From assembly GCA_045807245.1 (NCBI GenBank), contig JBJMHS010000016.1:1-41951 (forward strand): DNA of 41,951 bases, read 5' to 3'. Below the pieces are notes generated by a model. The model saw only the letters and a list, made by a program, of their open reading frames with translations, was not told the origin of the DNA and searched no databases. Of this stretch, positions 1-9,442 are shown piece after piece; within the stretch, counting starts at the first letter, position 1; the number at the start of each line of letters is the position of its first letter. This stretch comes from Actinomycetales bacterium (GTDB lineage Bacteria; Actinomycetota; Actinomycetes; Actinomycetales; CAVURS01). The translations under genes were made by a program, and so were the position numbers.

Positions 1-1148
1 CCTCGCTTGGCCATCTGGTCGGCGACGATGACCCGCTGGATCTCGCTCGCGCCCTCCCAGATCCGCTCCACGCGCAGCTCGCGGGTGAAGCGTTCGGCGA
101 CGTTCTCGCGCATGTAGCCGCGTCCGCCGAAGATCTGCACGGCGCGGTCGGCGACCCGACCGGCCATCTCCGAGGCGTAGAGCTTGGCCATCGAGCACTG
201 GGCATGGGCCACCTTGCGGTCGACGCCCTCGTCGATGGCCCGGGCCACGGCGTACACCATCGAGCGCGCGGCGAACAGCTCGGTGAGGCTGTCGGCGAGC
301 ATGCCCTGCACCAGCTGCTTGGTGATGAGCGGCTCGCCGCGGACGATCCGTTGTTGGGCAAAGGAGTTCGCCTCGTTGACCAGTCGGTCGGCCGCGCCCA
401 GGCAACGGCTGGCGACCATCAGGCGCTCAAACCGGAACCACTCGTAGGCGAACGTCATCCCGTCCCCTTCGGCGCCGACCCGGTTGGCGGCGGGGACGCG
501 CACGCCCTCGAACGCCACGATGGGGTGCTCGTGAGAGAGCGTGTGGGAGTACGCCGGCGTCCGCACCACGCGAACGCCCGGTGACGGCAGGTCGACCACG
601 AACATCGCGTGCTGCCCGGCGAACTCACCGTCCACGAGCCGGGCCTGCACGAACGCGTAGTCGGCCTCGTTGTACGACGTCACGTGCCACTTCACGCCGT
701 CGACGATGTAGTCGTCGCCGTCCCGCTTGGCCGTCGAGGTGATCGCATCGACGTCCGACCCGGCGTCCTCTTCGGTGATGGCGTAGCACTCGACCCGCTC
801 GCCTCGCGCCGCCGGCTTGACGTAGCGCTCCAGCTGATCCGGCGTAGCGACCTCCGGGAACCAGCCGGGCGGCGTACCCATGGCCCAGCCGAGCCCGTTG
901 GTGGCCCGGCCGCACTGCTCCTGGACCAGCACCTGCTGCAGCATCGAGCAGCCCTGGCCCCCCACGTCCCGGGGCATGTTCGTCGCATACAGCCCCAGCT
1001 CGATGACGCGCGCCTTGTGGGCCCGGGCCATCCCGGGCGGGTAATGGCCACCGGCCATCTCGATCTCGACCTCGAGCGGGATGACCTCGTCGACGAACGT
1101 GCGGGCTCGGGCCTGCAGATCCAGGTCCGCGGGGGACAGGCCGTACAT
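1..1148 (-). CDS. Acyl-CoA dehydrogenase (3' end runs off the window)
   Basis: Not in the ORF track because there is no stop in the window. Manual translation from ATG at 1148: MYGLSPADLDLQARAR...CYAITEEDAGSD...GVKWHVTS...SMAKLYASEMAGRVADRAVQIFGGRGYM...RELRVERIWEGASEIQR. These are classic ACAD motifs (ITE..AGSD, G.K..VT, QIFGG.GY, I.EG.SEIQR). Confidence 0.93.
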   Translation of the reverse strand, partial: MYGLSPADLDLQARARTFVDEVIPLEVEIEMAGGHYPPGMARAHKARVIELGLYATNMPRDVGGQGCSMLQQVLVQEQCGRATNGLGWAMGTPPGWFPEVATPDQLERYVKPAARGERVECYAITEEDAGSDVDAITSTAKRDGDDYIVDGVKWHVTSYNEADYAFVQARLVDGEFAGQHAMFVVDLPSPGVRVVRTPAYSHTLSHEHPIVAFEGVRVPAANRVGAEGDGMTFAYEWFRFERLMVASRCLGAADRLVNEANSFAQQRIVRGEPLITKQLVQGMLADSLTELFAARSMVYAVARAIDEGVDRKVAHAQCSMAKLYASEMAGRVADRAVQIFGGRGYMRENVAERFTRELRVERIWEGASEIQRVIVADQMAKR

Positions 1149-1208
1149 GGTGGGCTCCCGGGTCGCGCGTGCTCGACGCGAATGGCTGCTCGATCGGTTG
1201 ACCGACGG

Positions 1209-1231
1209 TTGACTGACTGTTCAGTCTATGC
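1209..1231. promoter_or_regulatory. Palindromic operator copy 1 (TTGACTGACTGTTCAGTCTATGC), probably bound by the TetR at 4733-5398; overlaps divergent promoters
   Basis: GACTGA-N4-TCAGTC palindrome in a divergent intergenic region. Identical 23-mer at 8061 and one mismatch at 4682. TTGACT (-35-like) lies 17 nt before TGn-CAGCGT (-10-like), 7 nt ahead of GTG 1245. Confidence 0.85.
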
Positions 1232-1244
1232 CAGCGTCGGCCGG

Positions 1245-2450
1245 GTGAACAGCGTCGCCGATGCCGTCGTCGTGGGCGGCGGCACGGTCGGAGCATGGGC
1301 GGCGTACTTCCTGAAGCGCGCCGGACTCGAACGGGTCGTCCTGGTCGAGGCCGGCACGCTCGGCCAGGGCGCCAGCTCACGCGCCGCCGGCATGGTGCGG
1401 GCGCAGGGCGGGACTCCGACCGCCGTACGGCTCGGACTGTTCAGCCAGGAGTTCTACGCCGGGCAGCAGGCCGAACTGGGGATCGACTCCGGCTTCGTGG
1501 CCCAGGGCTACTACATGCCGTGCTTCACCGAGGGCGAGGTCCGCGCGGCCCGGCAGCGGATCGCCATGCAGCAGGAGTGCGGGCTCGACGTGCGTTTCGC
1601 CGAGCCGGACGAGTTCGACCGGGCGAACCCCAACCTCGCACCGGGCCGGACGCTCGGTGCGTCGTTCGCGCCCGGCGACGGCTACGTCGACCCGCCGCGC
1701 AACGTGCTCGCCTACACCGCGGCCCTGTTCGTCGTCGGCGTGGAGATCCGCGAGCGCACGGCGATGACTGGGCTCGTCATCGACGGCGGCCGCGTGACCG
1801 GGGTCCAGACCACGGCCGGACCGATCTCGACCGAGCGCGTCGTCGTCACCGGTGGACCGCAGCTCCGCGACATCGGCCAAGGCCTCGGCGCCCGCATCCC
1901 GTCCGCCGGCGTGCGGCATCAGGTCGTCGTCACCCAACCGCACGAGGACCTCGCGCCCGAGCGGCTGCCGATGGTCTTCGACGTCGTGGCCGGCATCTAC
2001 TGGCGGCCGTGCGAGGGCGGACTCATGTGGGGGATGAGCAACCCGGACGAGATCCCCGGTGTCGCGCTCGAGTTCGACTGGGCCTACTACGACCAGATGC
2101 GCCCGCGCGTCGTCGAGCTGTTGCCCGTGCTGGGCCGGCTCGGGGTGCGCCGCGCGTGGGCCGCGACCATCGACTACACGCCGGACCACCTGCCGATCCT
2201 CGGCCCGTTGCTCGTCGGCGACGGGCCGACCGAGTCGCTCGACCGCGTGGACGGCGTGACGGTCGCTGCTGCCGGCGGCCACGGGATGATGTGGGGACCG
2301 GGTGTCTCGCGGGCTGCCGCCGACCTGGCCCTGACCGGTACCACGGACGTCGTCGACGCGACCGAGCTCGGCTTGGACCGGTTCGACCCCGAGGGTCGCT
2401 CGCGGCTGGACCCGGACCCGATCGCGCTGCCGTTCCCCGAGAACGCCTGA
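1245..2450 (+). CDS. FAD-dependent oxidoreductase, DAO / sarcosine oxidase beta-like family
   Basis: GTG start at 1245 (the ORF-track start at 609 is antisense to the ACAD). N-terminal VVVGGGTVG Rossmann motif, then GASSRAAG, DGYVDP, YTPDHLPILG and GHGMMWGPG. Confidence 0.88.
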   Translation: MNSVADAVVVGGGTVGAWAAYFLKRAGLERVVLVEAGTLGQGASSRAAGMVRAQGGTPTAVRLGLFSQEFYAGQQAELGIDSGFVAQGYYMPCFTEGEVRAARQRIAMQQECGLDVRFAEPDEFDRANPNLAPGRTLGASFAPGDGYVDPPRNVLAYTAALFVVGVEIRERTAMTGLVIDGGRVTGVQTTAGPISTERVVVTGGPQLRDIGQGLGARIPSAGVRHQVVVTQPHEDLAPERLPMVFDVVAGIYWRPCEGGLMWGMSNPDEIPGVALEFDWAYYDQMRPRVVELLPVLGRLGVRRAWAATIDYTPDHLPILGPLLVGDGPTESLDRVDGVTVAAAGGHGMMWGPGVSRAAADLALTGTTDVVDATELGLDRFDPEGRSRLDPDPIALPFPENA

Positions 2451-2460
2451 CGCGACGGCG

Positions 2461-2530
2461 GGTCGTGCCGGGTCGTCCAGGGTCGTGCCCGGTCGTGCCG
2501 GGTCGTCCGGGGTCGTCGCGGGTCATCGCG
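2461..2530. repeat. Seven imperfect tandem 10-bp repeats (consensus GGTCGTSCCG) filling a convergent intergenic gap
   Basis: ggtcgtgccg ggtcgtccag ggtcgtgccc ggtcgtgccg ggtcgtccgg ggtcgtcgcg ggtcatcgcg; no spacers. Confidence 0.85.
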
Positions 2531-4645
2531 TCAGTGCGTCCGGCGCGGCTCCACGAGGATGTCGGCAGCAAGGGCCCCAGCGGGACCGGCGATGAGCGGG
2601 TTGACGTCCAGGGCGTCCACGGCGTCACCGAGCTCGACCGCCAGCTGGGAGAGGCCGCGCACCGCGGTCACGACGGAGCCGACGTCCGCGGGAGCCGCGC
2701 CCCGGAAGCCCTGCAGCAGGCGGTTGACCCGGAGCCGCGAAATCGCTCGCCGCGCAACCGTTTCCGAGACCGGAGGGAGGGCGACCGCGCGGTCGTCGAC
2801 CAGCTCTACCAGCACGCCACCCGCCGCCACCAGCACGAGGGGGCCGAGCAACGGGTCGCGTACCAGCCCGAGCGCCAGCTCGACCCCGGCCGGAGCGGAG
2901 GCACTGACCAGCACGCGCGGGCCCAACCGCTGGGCCAGGTCCGCGTACGCCGCCGCGACGGCCTGAGCGGTCGCGAGGCCGAGCACAACCCCACCGACAT
3001 CGGACTTGTGCTCGATCCCGGGCTCGTCGGTCTTGAGCACGACGGGCCAGCCCAGGGCCTCGGCGGCCGTGGCCGCCTCGGCGGCTGACGTCACCGCCCG
3101 CACCTCGACGGCGGGCACGCCGTAGTCCCGCAGCAGCGCGAAACCGGTTGTGCCATCGAAGTGTCCGCGACCAAGGACGTCGAGCCAGCGGGCCTGCCGG
3201 GCCGGGTCGACGACGGCCGCTTGCGCTTCCGGCGAGGCGCGACGATCGGCGTACGCCGCGAGGTTGCCCAGGGCGACCAGGCCGCTGCGCCCTCCCTCGA
3301 GCACCGGGATGCCCTGCGCCCGCAACCCGGCCGCCACCTCCTGGTCGACCGCCGAGTGCATGGTCGACAGCACGGCCACGGGGACGTCGGTGGCCGCCCA
3401 GGCGTCCTGCACGGCCAGCGGGTAGGACCGGTCGCCGTCGAACTCGGGCACGAGGTCGACGGCGAGCGCAACCGCCGCGACCCCCGGGTCGTCGGCCATC
3501 ACCCGAAGGCAGTCGCCGAACAGCCGCCGCGTGTCCGCGCCGGTGCCCCAGACGTCGAGCGGGTTCGTCGGCAGGAGACCGGGATCCAACAGTGCGGTCA
3601 GCCGGTCGACCGTCGACGGCGACAGGTCGGCGAACGTCACCGCCAGCTCGTCGGCCAGGTCCACGACCATCGCACGCTCGGCCCCGGAGTCGTGCACCGT
3701 GGCGACGCCCGACGTTCCGGGCCGGGCGCGGCGACCGGCCCCGAACAGCTCCAGCGTGTCGGCCAGCTCGTCGAGGTCGCCCACCCGCAGCACGCCGTAC
3801 GCGTCGAACAGCGCCTCCCAGGCACCGTCGCCTCCGGCCAGCGCGCCGGAGTGCGCGGCCACCATGGCCGCGCCCGGCCCCGAGGTGCCGACGGTCAGGG
3901 CGACCACCGGCACATCGTGCGCCGCCGCACGGGCCAGCGCGGCGCGCAGCCGGTCCGGCATGCGCATCGTCTCGAGCAGCAGGGCGACCACGCGCGTCTC
4001 GGGCAGCTCGAGCGCGTAGTCCACGTAGTCGGCCGCGGTCGTCGCCAGCTCCTGGCCTGACGACACAGCGACCGTGTACCCGATCCGGCGATGGCTGCGC
4101 AGCAGCGCGGAGAACGCGGAGCCCGAGTGCGACACCAGCGCGACCGGCCCGGCCGGCAGCTCCTCCCGTTCGACGTACCCGATCGCGCGCACGCCACTGA
4201 CCAGGTTCACGAAGCCCATGCAGCCGCCTCCGCACACGGCCAGCCCCGCGGCCCGCGCGACCTCGGTGACGGCGGAACGCATCGAGAGGCCCGGCTGCAG
4301 GAGGGACGGCCCGACCACGCTGCCGAAGATCACCGCCGAACGGTCTCCGCGTTCGGCGGCCAGACCGAGCTGGTTCTCCAACGCCGCGTCCGGCACCCCG
4401 AGCAGCACGAGGTCGACCGGGTCCGCGATGTCGGTCAACTGCGGCACACACGGCCGGCCGCCGACCTCCCGATAGCGCGGGTTGACCAGGTGCAGGTCCA
4501 GGGGCGGGCGGCTGCGGCCGACCTCGGCCACCATGCGGGCCCCGAAGCTGCCCGGCCGTGGGCTGGCTCCCACCAACGCAACGGAACGGGCCTCGAGCAT
4601 GGTGCGAACCGCCGTACCGGCGTCGCGAACCGCCTCTGCACTCAT
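2531..4645 (-). CDS. Acetate/acyl--CoA ligase (ADP-forming) family; fused CoA-binding, succinyl-CoA-ligase-like and ATP-grasp domains
   Basis: 704 aa. SVALVGAS CoA-binding start, VSHSG, AAHSGALAG (phospho-His motif), NPLDV, GWPVVLK...HKSDVGGV, LDVNPL. No GNAT domain. Confidence 0.9.
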   Translation of the reverse strand: MSAEAVRDAGTAVRTMLEARSVALVGASPRPGSFGARMVAEVGRSRPPLDLHLVNPRYREVGGRPCVPQLTDIADPVDLVLLGVPDAALENQLGLAAERGDRSAVIFGSVVGPSLLQPGLSMRSAVTEVARAAGLAVCGGGCMGFVNLVSGVRAIGYVEREELPAGPVALVSHSGSAFSALLRSHRRIGYTVAVSSGQELATTAADYVDYALELPETRVVALLLETMRMPDRLRAALARAAAHDVPVVALTVGTSGPGAAMVAAHSGALAGGDGAWEALFDAYGVLRVGDLDELADTLELFGAGRRARPGTSGVATVHDSGAERAMVVDLADELAVTFADLSPSTVDRLTALLDPGLLPTNPLDVWGTGADTRRLFGDCLRVMADDPGVAAVALAVDLVPEFDGDRSYPLAVQDAWAATDVPVAVLSTMHSAVDQEVAAGLRAQGIPVLEGGRSGLVALGNLAAYADRRASPEAQAAVVDPARQARWLDVLGRGHFDGTTGFALLRDYGVPAVEVRAVTSAAEAATAAEALGWPVVLKTDEPGIEHKSDVGGVVLGLATAQAVAAAYADLAQRLGPRVLVSASAPAGVELALGLVRDPLLGPLVLVAAGGVLVELVDDRAVALPPVSETVARRAISRLRVNRLLQGFRGAAPADVGSVVTAVRGLSQLAVELGDAVDALDVNPLIAGPAGALAADILVEPRRTH

Positions 4646-4681
4646 GCTGAGGGTTCCTCGCAGCCTCGTCCGCCGATATGT

Positions 4682-4704
4682 TTGACTGGCTGTTCAGTCT
4701 ATGC
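4682..4704. promoter_or_regulatory. Palindromic operator copy 2 (TTGACTGGCTGTTCAGTCTATGC), between the CoA ligase and tetR
   Basis: 22/23 identical to copies 1 and 3. It lies directly upstream of the tetR start, consistent with autoregulation. Confidence 0.85.
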
Positions 4705-4732
4705 CAGACCGGTGCGTCGGGACAGGGAAACC

Positions 4733-5398
4733 ATGGCCAAGCGAGAGCCGAAGACGGTGGCCGCCGACACCGCGCCGGACGCCGCGTCCGGTCCGGACGT
4801 ACGACGCGAACAGATGCTGCGCGCGGCGGTCCAGATCATCTGCGAGCGCGGCTTCTCGGACACCCGGATCGCCGACGTGGCGGCGCGGGCCGAGGCCAGC
4901 CCCGCGCTCGTCATCTACTACTTCGGCACCAAGGACGGCCTGCTGACCGAGGCCCTGCGCTGGTCAGAGGACCAGTTCTATGCGGCGACCGAGGCGGTGC
5001 TGGCCCAGCTCCCGACCGCGGTGGAGCGGCTGCAGACCCTCGTCACCGCGACCTGTGTGCCCGACCGAGCGGGTGACTCCCTGCCGGACTCGTGGGGCCT
5101 CTGGTTCGACCTGTGGGTGCAGGCGTTCCGCCACCCACGTGTCGCGAAAGACCGGGTCGCCATGGACCAGCGCTGGCGCGGTGCCATCGCGCAGATCGTG
5201 CGCGTCGGCCAGGCTTCCGGCGAGTTCGGCGACGTCGACATCGAAGACTTCGCGATCACCTGGGGCGCCCTGCTCGACGGCCTGTCGATCCAGGTCGCGC
5301 TCGAGGACCCGCAGGTCGACTCGTCCCGCGCCGTGTCGATCGCGATGCGGATGGCCTCCGAGCGCCTCGGCTTCGACTGGAACGGCCAGATTTCGTGA
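4733..5398 (+). CDS. TetR/AcrR family repressor with BetI-like C-terminal domain
   Basis: ATG 4733. HTH RREQMLRAAVQIICERGFSDTRIADVAARAEASPALVIYYFGTKDGLL; C-terminal WFDLW..A.RHP...WRGAI...GQASGEF...ALLDGL. Confidence 0.92.
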   Translation: MAKREPKTVAADTAPDAASGPDVRREQMLRAAVQIICERGFSDTRIADVAARAEASPALVIYYFGTKDGLLTEALRWSEDQFYAATEAVLAQLPTAVERLQTLVTATCVPDRAGDSLPDSWGLWFDLWVQAFRHPRVAKDRVAMDQRWRGAIAQIVRVGQASGEFGDVDIEDFAITWGALLDGLSIQVALEDPQVDSSRAVSIAMRMASERLGFDWNGQIS

Positions 5399-5438
5399 AG
5401 GACTGCCCGGTTCAGGCGGGCAGTGCTTCACGAAATCT
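5388..5438. terminator. Long inverted repeat (likely bidirectional terminator) containing both convergent stop codons
   Basis: AGATTTCGTGAAG-g-ACTGCCCG / loop / CGGGCAGT-g-CTTCACGAAATCT. Confidence 0.75.
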
Positions 5439-6609
5439 CGGCGGCGGTGGCGGCGGCGGCGGCGGCTTGGTCCTCGGCATCGGCGGCCAGGGCCGGGCGG
5501 GTGTCCGGAGGCAGCAGCCGGCACGCCTCGGGATGCAGGTGGGCGGACACGGCGGCACCGGGTTTGTACCAGCCGGACGCGGGCCCGATGGCGTTCGGTA
5601 CGGCGGCCAGCAAGGTCTGCCCGTCGGACAGCCGGACGACGACGTGCGTCGTGGGTCCGAGGTACACGACGTGGTCGACCAGTCCGGCGAAGGTGCTCGC
5701 GCCGGCCGGCGCGGGGCCGTCGGTGGGGCCGAGCAGCACGCGCTCGGGGCGGATGACCACCTTGGCCGGACCCCGTGCCGCCGCGCCGACGGCCTTGAAC
5801 GTGAACGGTCCGAGCCGGCAGACCATGACATCGGGTCCGCCGGCCGTGCCAGCCATGCCGTCCTTGCCCTGCACCTCGACGTCGACGACATTGGCCGAGC
5901 CCAGGAAGCCCGCGACGTACGCGCTGGACGGCTCGGAGTACACCGTCTCCGGCGTGCCGATCTGCTCGACCAGGCCATCGGCCATGACGGCCAGCCGGTC
6001 GGACATGGTGAGGGCTTCCTCCTGGTCGTGCGTCACGTAGACGAACGTGATGCCGACGGACTCCTGCACCGCCTTCAGCTCGAGCTGGAGCTCCTTGCGC
6101 AGCTTCGCGTCCAGCGCGCCGAGCGGCTCGTCGAGCAGGAGCACCGCCGGGTTCAGCACCAGGGCCCGCGCGAGGGCCACCCGCTGCTGCTGGCCACCGG
6201 ACAGCTGGGCCGGCCGGCGCTTGGCGAACGCCGTCATCCGCACCATCTCCAGCGCCTGGTCGACCCGCTTCCTGGTCTCGGCCTTGCCCAGCCGCCGGTA
6301 CCGCAGCCCGAACTCGACGTTGTGCCACACGTCGAGGAACGGGAACAGCGCGTACGTCTGGAACACGGTGTTGACCGGCCGCTTGTGGGGCGGGATCGGC
6401 GCGAGGTCGGTGCCGTCGAGCAGGATCTGGCCCGTGTCCGGGCGCTCGAAGCCGGCGAGCATGCGCAGCGTCGTGGTCTTGCCGCAGCCCGACGGCCCGA
6501 GCAGGGAGAAGAACTCCCCGCCCGCGATCTCCAGGTCGATGCCCCGGACCGCGGGCACGTCGTCGAACGCCTTGGTCAGCCCGACCAGGGAGATGGCGCC
6601 CCCGCTCAC
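5428..6609 (-). CDS. ABC transporter ATP-binding subunit, PotA-like (polyamine importer family)
   Basis: Walker [22 protein letters not shown], signature [40 protein letters not shown] and a C-terminal TOBE-like region. GTG 6609 is the first start after the aminotransferase stop. Confidence 0.92.
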   Translation of the reverse strand: MSGGAISLVGLTKAFDDVPAVRGIDLEIAGGEFFSLLGPSGCGKTTTLRMLAGFERPDTGQILLDGTDLAPIPPHKRPVNTVFQTYALFPFLDVWHNVEFGLRYRRLGKAETRKRVDQALEMVRMTAFAKRRPAQLSGGQQQRVALARALVLNPAVLLLDEPLGALDAKLRKELQLELKAVQESVGITFVYVTHDQEEALTMSDRLAVMADGLVEQIGTPETVYSEPSSAYVAGFLGSANVVDVEVQGKDGMAGTAGGPDVMVCRLGPFTFKAVGAAARGPAKVVIRPERVLLGPTDGPAPAGASTFAGLVDHVVYLGPTTHVVVRLSDGQTLLAAVPNAIGPASGWYKPGAAVSAHLHPEACRLLPPDTRPALAADAEDQAAAAAATAAEIS

Positions 6610-6625
6610 TCCGTCAGCCCAGCCC

Positions 6626-8026
6626 TCAGCCGAGAACTGCCGCGGCGAACCGGGCGAAGTTGGCGACGAAGCGGTCCGCGTCGGCGGACGTGTGCTGAAC
6701 CGAGAGCAGCCATTGTTCGATCTTTCCCCACGGCGGTAGGAAGACGCCGCCATTGTGCTGCATCAACCAGTGGAGCTGGCCGAGCCGCTCGTCGATGCCG
6801 AGGAACCCGCGGTAGTCGCGGACCTCGCCGTCGGTGAAGATCACGCATCCCTTGGCCCCCAACGCGACGACCCCCCACGGAGCATCGTGCTCCGCGATGA
6901 CCCCGCGGACGCCGTCGACCATCCGCTGCCGCAGACGGTCGATATTCGCGTAGGCGTCGGGCGTGAGCACCTCGGTCAGCATCGCCCGCGTCGCCGCCAT
7001 GGCCATCGGGTTGCCGTTGAAGGTGCCGACCTGCTCGTAGCGTCCGTCCGCGATGGCCGACATGACCTCCTCGGTCCCGCCGATCGCGGCGGAGGCGATC
7101 CCGCCACCGATCGCCTTGGCCAGGCACAGGATGTCTGGCGTCACGCCGTACATCGCGGTGACCCCGCCGGGACCGGAGGTGAAGCCGGTCTTGACCTCGT
7201 CGAACGCGAGCAGCGCGCCGTGCTCGTGCAGCACCTGCTTCAGCTCGGCCAGGTAGCCGTCGCGCGGCAGGATGATGCCCGCGTTCATCATCACCGGCTC
7301 GAGGATCATGCCGGCGATGCGGCCCGGGTTGGCCTCGAGCACGCGCCGCACCATGTCGACGTCGTTGAACGCGACGACGAGTGTGAGGTCGCGGATCGCC
7401 TCGGGGATGCCGGTGTTGCCGGCGACCTGGTGCGGATGGTCGGCCGGGCCGACCTCCTCGGCCTCGGGCAGCACCGAGACCTCGACCGAGTCGTGATGGC
7501 CGTGATAGCCGCCCTCGATCTTGATGATCAGGTCGCGTTCGGTCAGCGCGCGCATGAGATGGACGGCGTCCATCGTCGCCTCGGTACCGGAGTTCGCGTA
7601 CCGCCACTGGGGCAGGCCGAAGCGCTCGGTGAGGTTCTCGGCGACCGCGATCGCGTCCAGGGTCGGCTGGGCGAAGTGCGTGCCCAGGCCTGCGCGCTCG
7701 CGGATGGCCGCGACGACCGCCGGGTGGGCGTGACCGGCGAGCGCGACGCCGTACCCGCCGTGCAGGTCGACGTACTCGGTGCCGTCGACGTCGTAGATCT
7801 TGGAGCCGAGGCCGTGGCTGAGCCAGACGGCCTGCGGTGACGCGATCTGCCAGTTGGAGGTGGCCCCGCCGGCGAGGTGCTTGCGGGCCCGCTCGATCAG
7901 CTCCCCGCTGCGCGGCTGACGCTCGAGGAACAGCGACTCTTCGGCGGCGATCAGCGCGTCCAGCCGCTGGTCGCGATCGTCAGGTTGTCCGGAAGTTAGG
8001 GTGCCGCTGTCGGCGGTGAGGCTCAT
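6626..8026 (-). CDS. Class-III PLP-dependent aminotransferase (GSA-aminomutase-like clade, probably an omega-amine transaminase)
   Basis: [34 protein letters not shown] (PLP lysine), GTFNGNP. ATG 8026 is preceded by GAGGA. Confidence 0.88.
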   Translation of the reverse strand: MSLTADSGTLTSGQPDDRDQRLDALIAAEESLFLERQPRSGELIERARKHLAGGATSNWQIASPQAVWLSHGLGSKIYDVDGTEYVDLHGGYGVALAGHAHPAVVAAIRERAGLGTHFAQPTLDAIAVAENLTERFGLPQWRYANSGTEATMDAVHLMRALTERDLIIKIEGGYHGHHDSVEVSVLPEAEEVGPADHPHQVAGNTGIPEAIRDLTLVVAFNDVDMVRRVLEANPGRIAGMILEPVMMNAGIILPRDGYLAELKQVLHEHGALLAFDEVKTGFTSGPGGVTAMYGVTPDILCLAKAIGGGIASAAIGGTEEVMSAIADGRYEQVGTFNGNPMAMAATRAMLTEVLTPDAYANIDRLRQRMVDGVRGVIAEHDAPWGVVALGAKGCVIFTDGEVRDYRGFLGIDERLGQLHWLMQHNGGVFLPPWGKIEQWLLSVQHTSADADRFVANFARFAAAVLG

Positions 8027-8060
8027 CGCCAGGTTCCTCAATCGAGGGCTCGAAGGGTTG

Positions 8061-8083
8061 TTGACTGACTGTTCAGTCTATGC
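8061..8083. promoter_or_regulatory. Palindromic operator copy 3 (TTGACTGACTGTTCAGTCTATGC)
   Basis: Identical to copy 1; lies between the divergent aminotransferase and ABC binding-protein genes. Confidence 0.85.
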
Positions 8084-8113
8084 AAACCTCTCTGTAACCG
8101 GCAAGGAGGGCAG

Positions 8114-9442
8114 ATGGCAGGTCCACTGCACGACCCGTTCGGTGCACTCGGCGGCGAGGCGGCGAGCCTCGTCCCGCGCAGCCCTCGCTCGCAGGCGCTG
8201 GCGCGACACCTTTCGCGGCGCTCCTTCCTGCGCAACGCGGCGATCACAGCCGCGGCAACCCCCTCGGTCGGCGCTCTGCTGGCCAGCTGCTCGTCGGCCG
8301 GCGGCGCGCTGCCCGGCACGACGCCGACCGCAACCCTGAAGCTCGCGTCGCCGAAGAACCCGGTGAAGTGGCCGATCTACGACGACAACAAGGCCATCGC
8401 GGACGGCGCGACGCCGGAACAGCACGCCACGCTGCGGCTGTACAACTACGCGGACTACATCGACCCGGCGGCGATCAAGTCGTTCGAGAAGAAGTACGCG
8501 AAGTACGGCGTCAAGGTCACCGTGTCGACGTTCAACGACACGGACGAGGCGCTCACCAAGATCCGCGGCGGCAAGGTGCCGTACGACATCTACTTCCCGA
8601 GCTACGACCAGATCAGCAAGATGGTCACAGCCAAGCTGATCCGCCCGATCAACCACTCGTTCTTCCCGAACATCACCAACCTGTGGGTCACCTACCAGAA
8701 CCCTTGGTACGACCAAGGCTGGCAGTACACCGTTCCTTACACCGTCTACACGACCGGCATCGGCTGGCGGACCGACAAGGTGCGCGACGACGTGGCCGGC
8801 ATGAGCAACCCGTTCGAGGTGTTCTGGAACGCGTCGTACAGGGGCAAGATCGCGGTCATCGACGACTGGCACACGGCGATGGCGCTCGCTCAGCTGCGCA
8901 TCGGCGGTGACGTCAACACGGCGGACAGCGCACAGATCAAGAAGATCCAGCAGCAGATGATGGACATGCAGGCGACGTCGAAGCCCAAGGTCACCATCAC
9001 GATGTACAACGACCTGCCGGCCGGTCAGCTCGGGATCTGCCAGATGTGGTCGGGCGACGCCGTGAACGCGCAGTACTACCTGGGCAAGGGCACGAAGGTG
9101 TCAGTGCTGCGGTACTGGGCGCCGGCCAACAACGGTCTCGTCGACAACGACCTGATGGTGTGCCTGTCGGGCGGCAAGAACCCGGTGCTCGCCCAGATGT
9201 TCATGAACCACATGCTCGACCCCAAGGTGGCGGCGGGGAACTTCTCGGCCACCGGATACCAGCCGCCGCAGAAGGCCATCAACCCGGAGAAGAACGTGGC
9301 CGACGGCTTCGTGCCGCAGAACCTCGCGACAGCGACGGTGAAGCAGTCCGACTTCGACAGCGGCCAGCCGCTGCTCGAGCTGCCGATCAACGCCGACAAG
9401 GCCTGGCACGACATCTGGGCGCAGTTCAAGGCCGGTGGCTGA
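8114..9442 (+). CDS. Polyamine-type ABC substrate-binding lipoprotein, PotD/PotF-like, Tat-exported
   Basis: AAGGAGG SD. Twin-arginine SRRSFLR followed by lipobox LLASC. LRLYNYADYIDP, YDIYFPS, YTVPY...TGIGW and WSGDA resemble PotD/F. Confidence 0.88.
   Translation: MAGPLHDPFGALGGEAASLVPRSPRSQALARHLSRRSFLRNAAITAAATPSVGALLASCSSAGGALPGTTPTATLKLASPKNPVKWPIYDDNKAIADGATPEQHATLRLYNYADYIDPAAIKSFEKKYAKYGVKVTVSTFNDTDEALTKIRGGKVPYDIYFPSYDQISKMVTAKLIRPINHSFFPNITNLWVTYQNPWYDQGWQYTVPYTVYTTGIGWRTDKVRDDVAGMSNPFEVFWNASYRGKIAVIDDWHTAMALAQLRIGGDVNTADSAQIKKIQQQMMDMQATSKPKVTITMYNDLPAGQLGICQMWSGDAVNAQYYLGKGTKVSVLRYWAPANNGLVDNDLMVCLSGGKNPVLAQMFMNHMLDPKVAAGNFSATGYQPPQKAINPEKNVADGFVPQNLATATVKQSDFDSGQPLLELPINADKAWHDIWAQFKAGG

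Noticed and set aside
609..1244. N-terminal 212 aa of the 613-aa ORF 609..2450
   Set aside because: Antisense shadow of the acyl-CoA dehydrogenase; the FAD-binding motif and promoter point to GTG 1245.
2461..2530. Possible CRISPR-like array
   Set aside because: 10-bp units, no spacers, no cas genes.
5439..5467. GGC triplet run, and the 9-bp repeats at about 13221-13258
   Set aside because: Low-complexity terminal tails (poly-Ala in the PotA-like protein; ESH-type repeats in the PPOX protein) with no sign of separate function.
6626..8026. Calling the aminotransferase hemL
   Set aside because: It has GGATSNWQ in place of the HemL-type GGVNSPVRA, and lies in an amine-uptake regulon with no heme genes.
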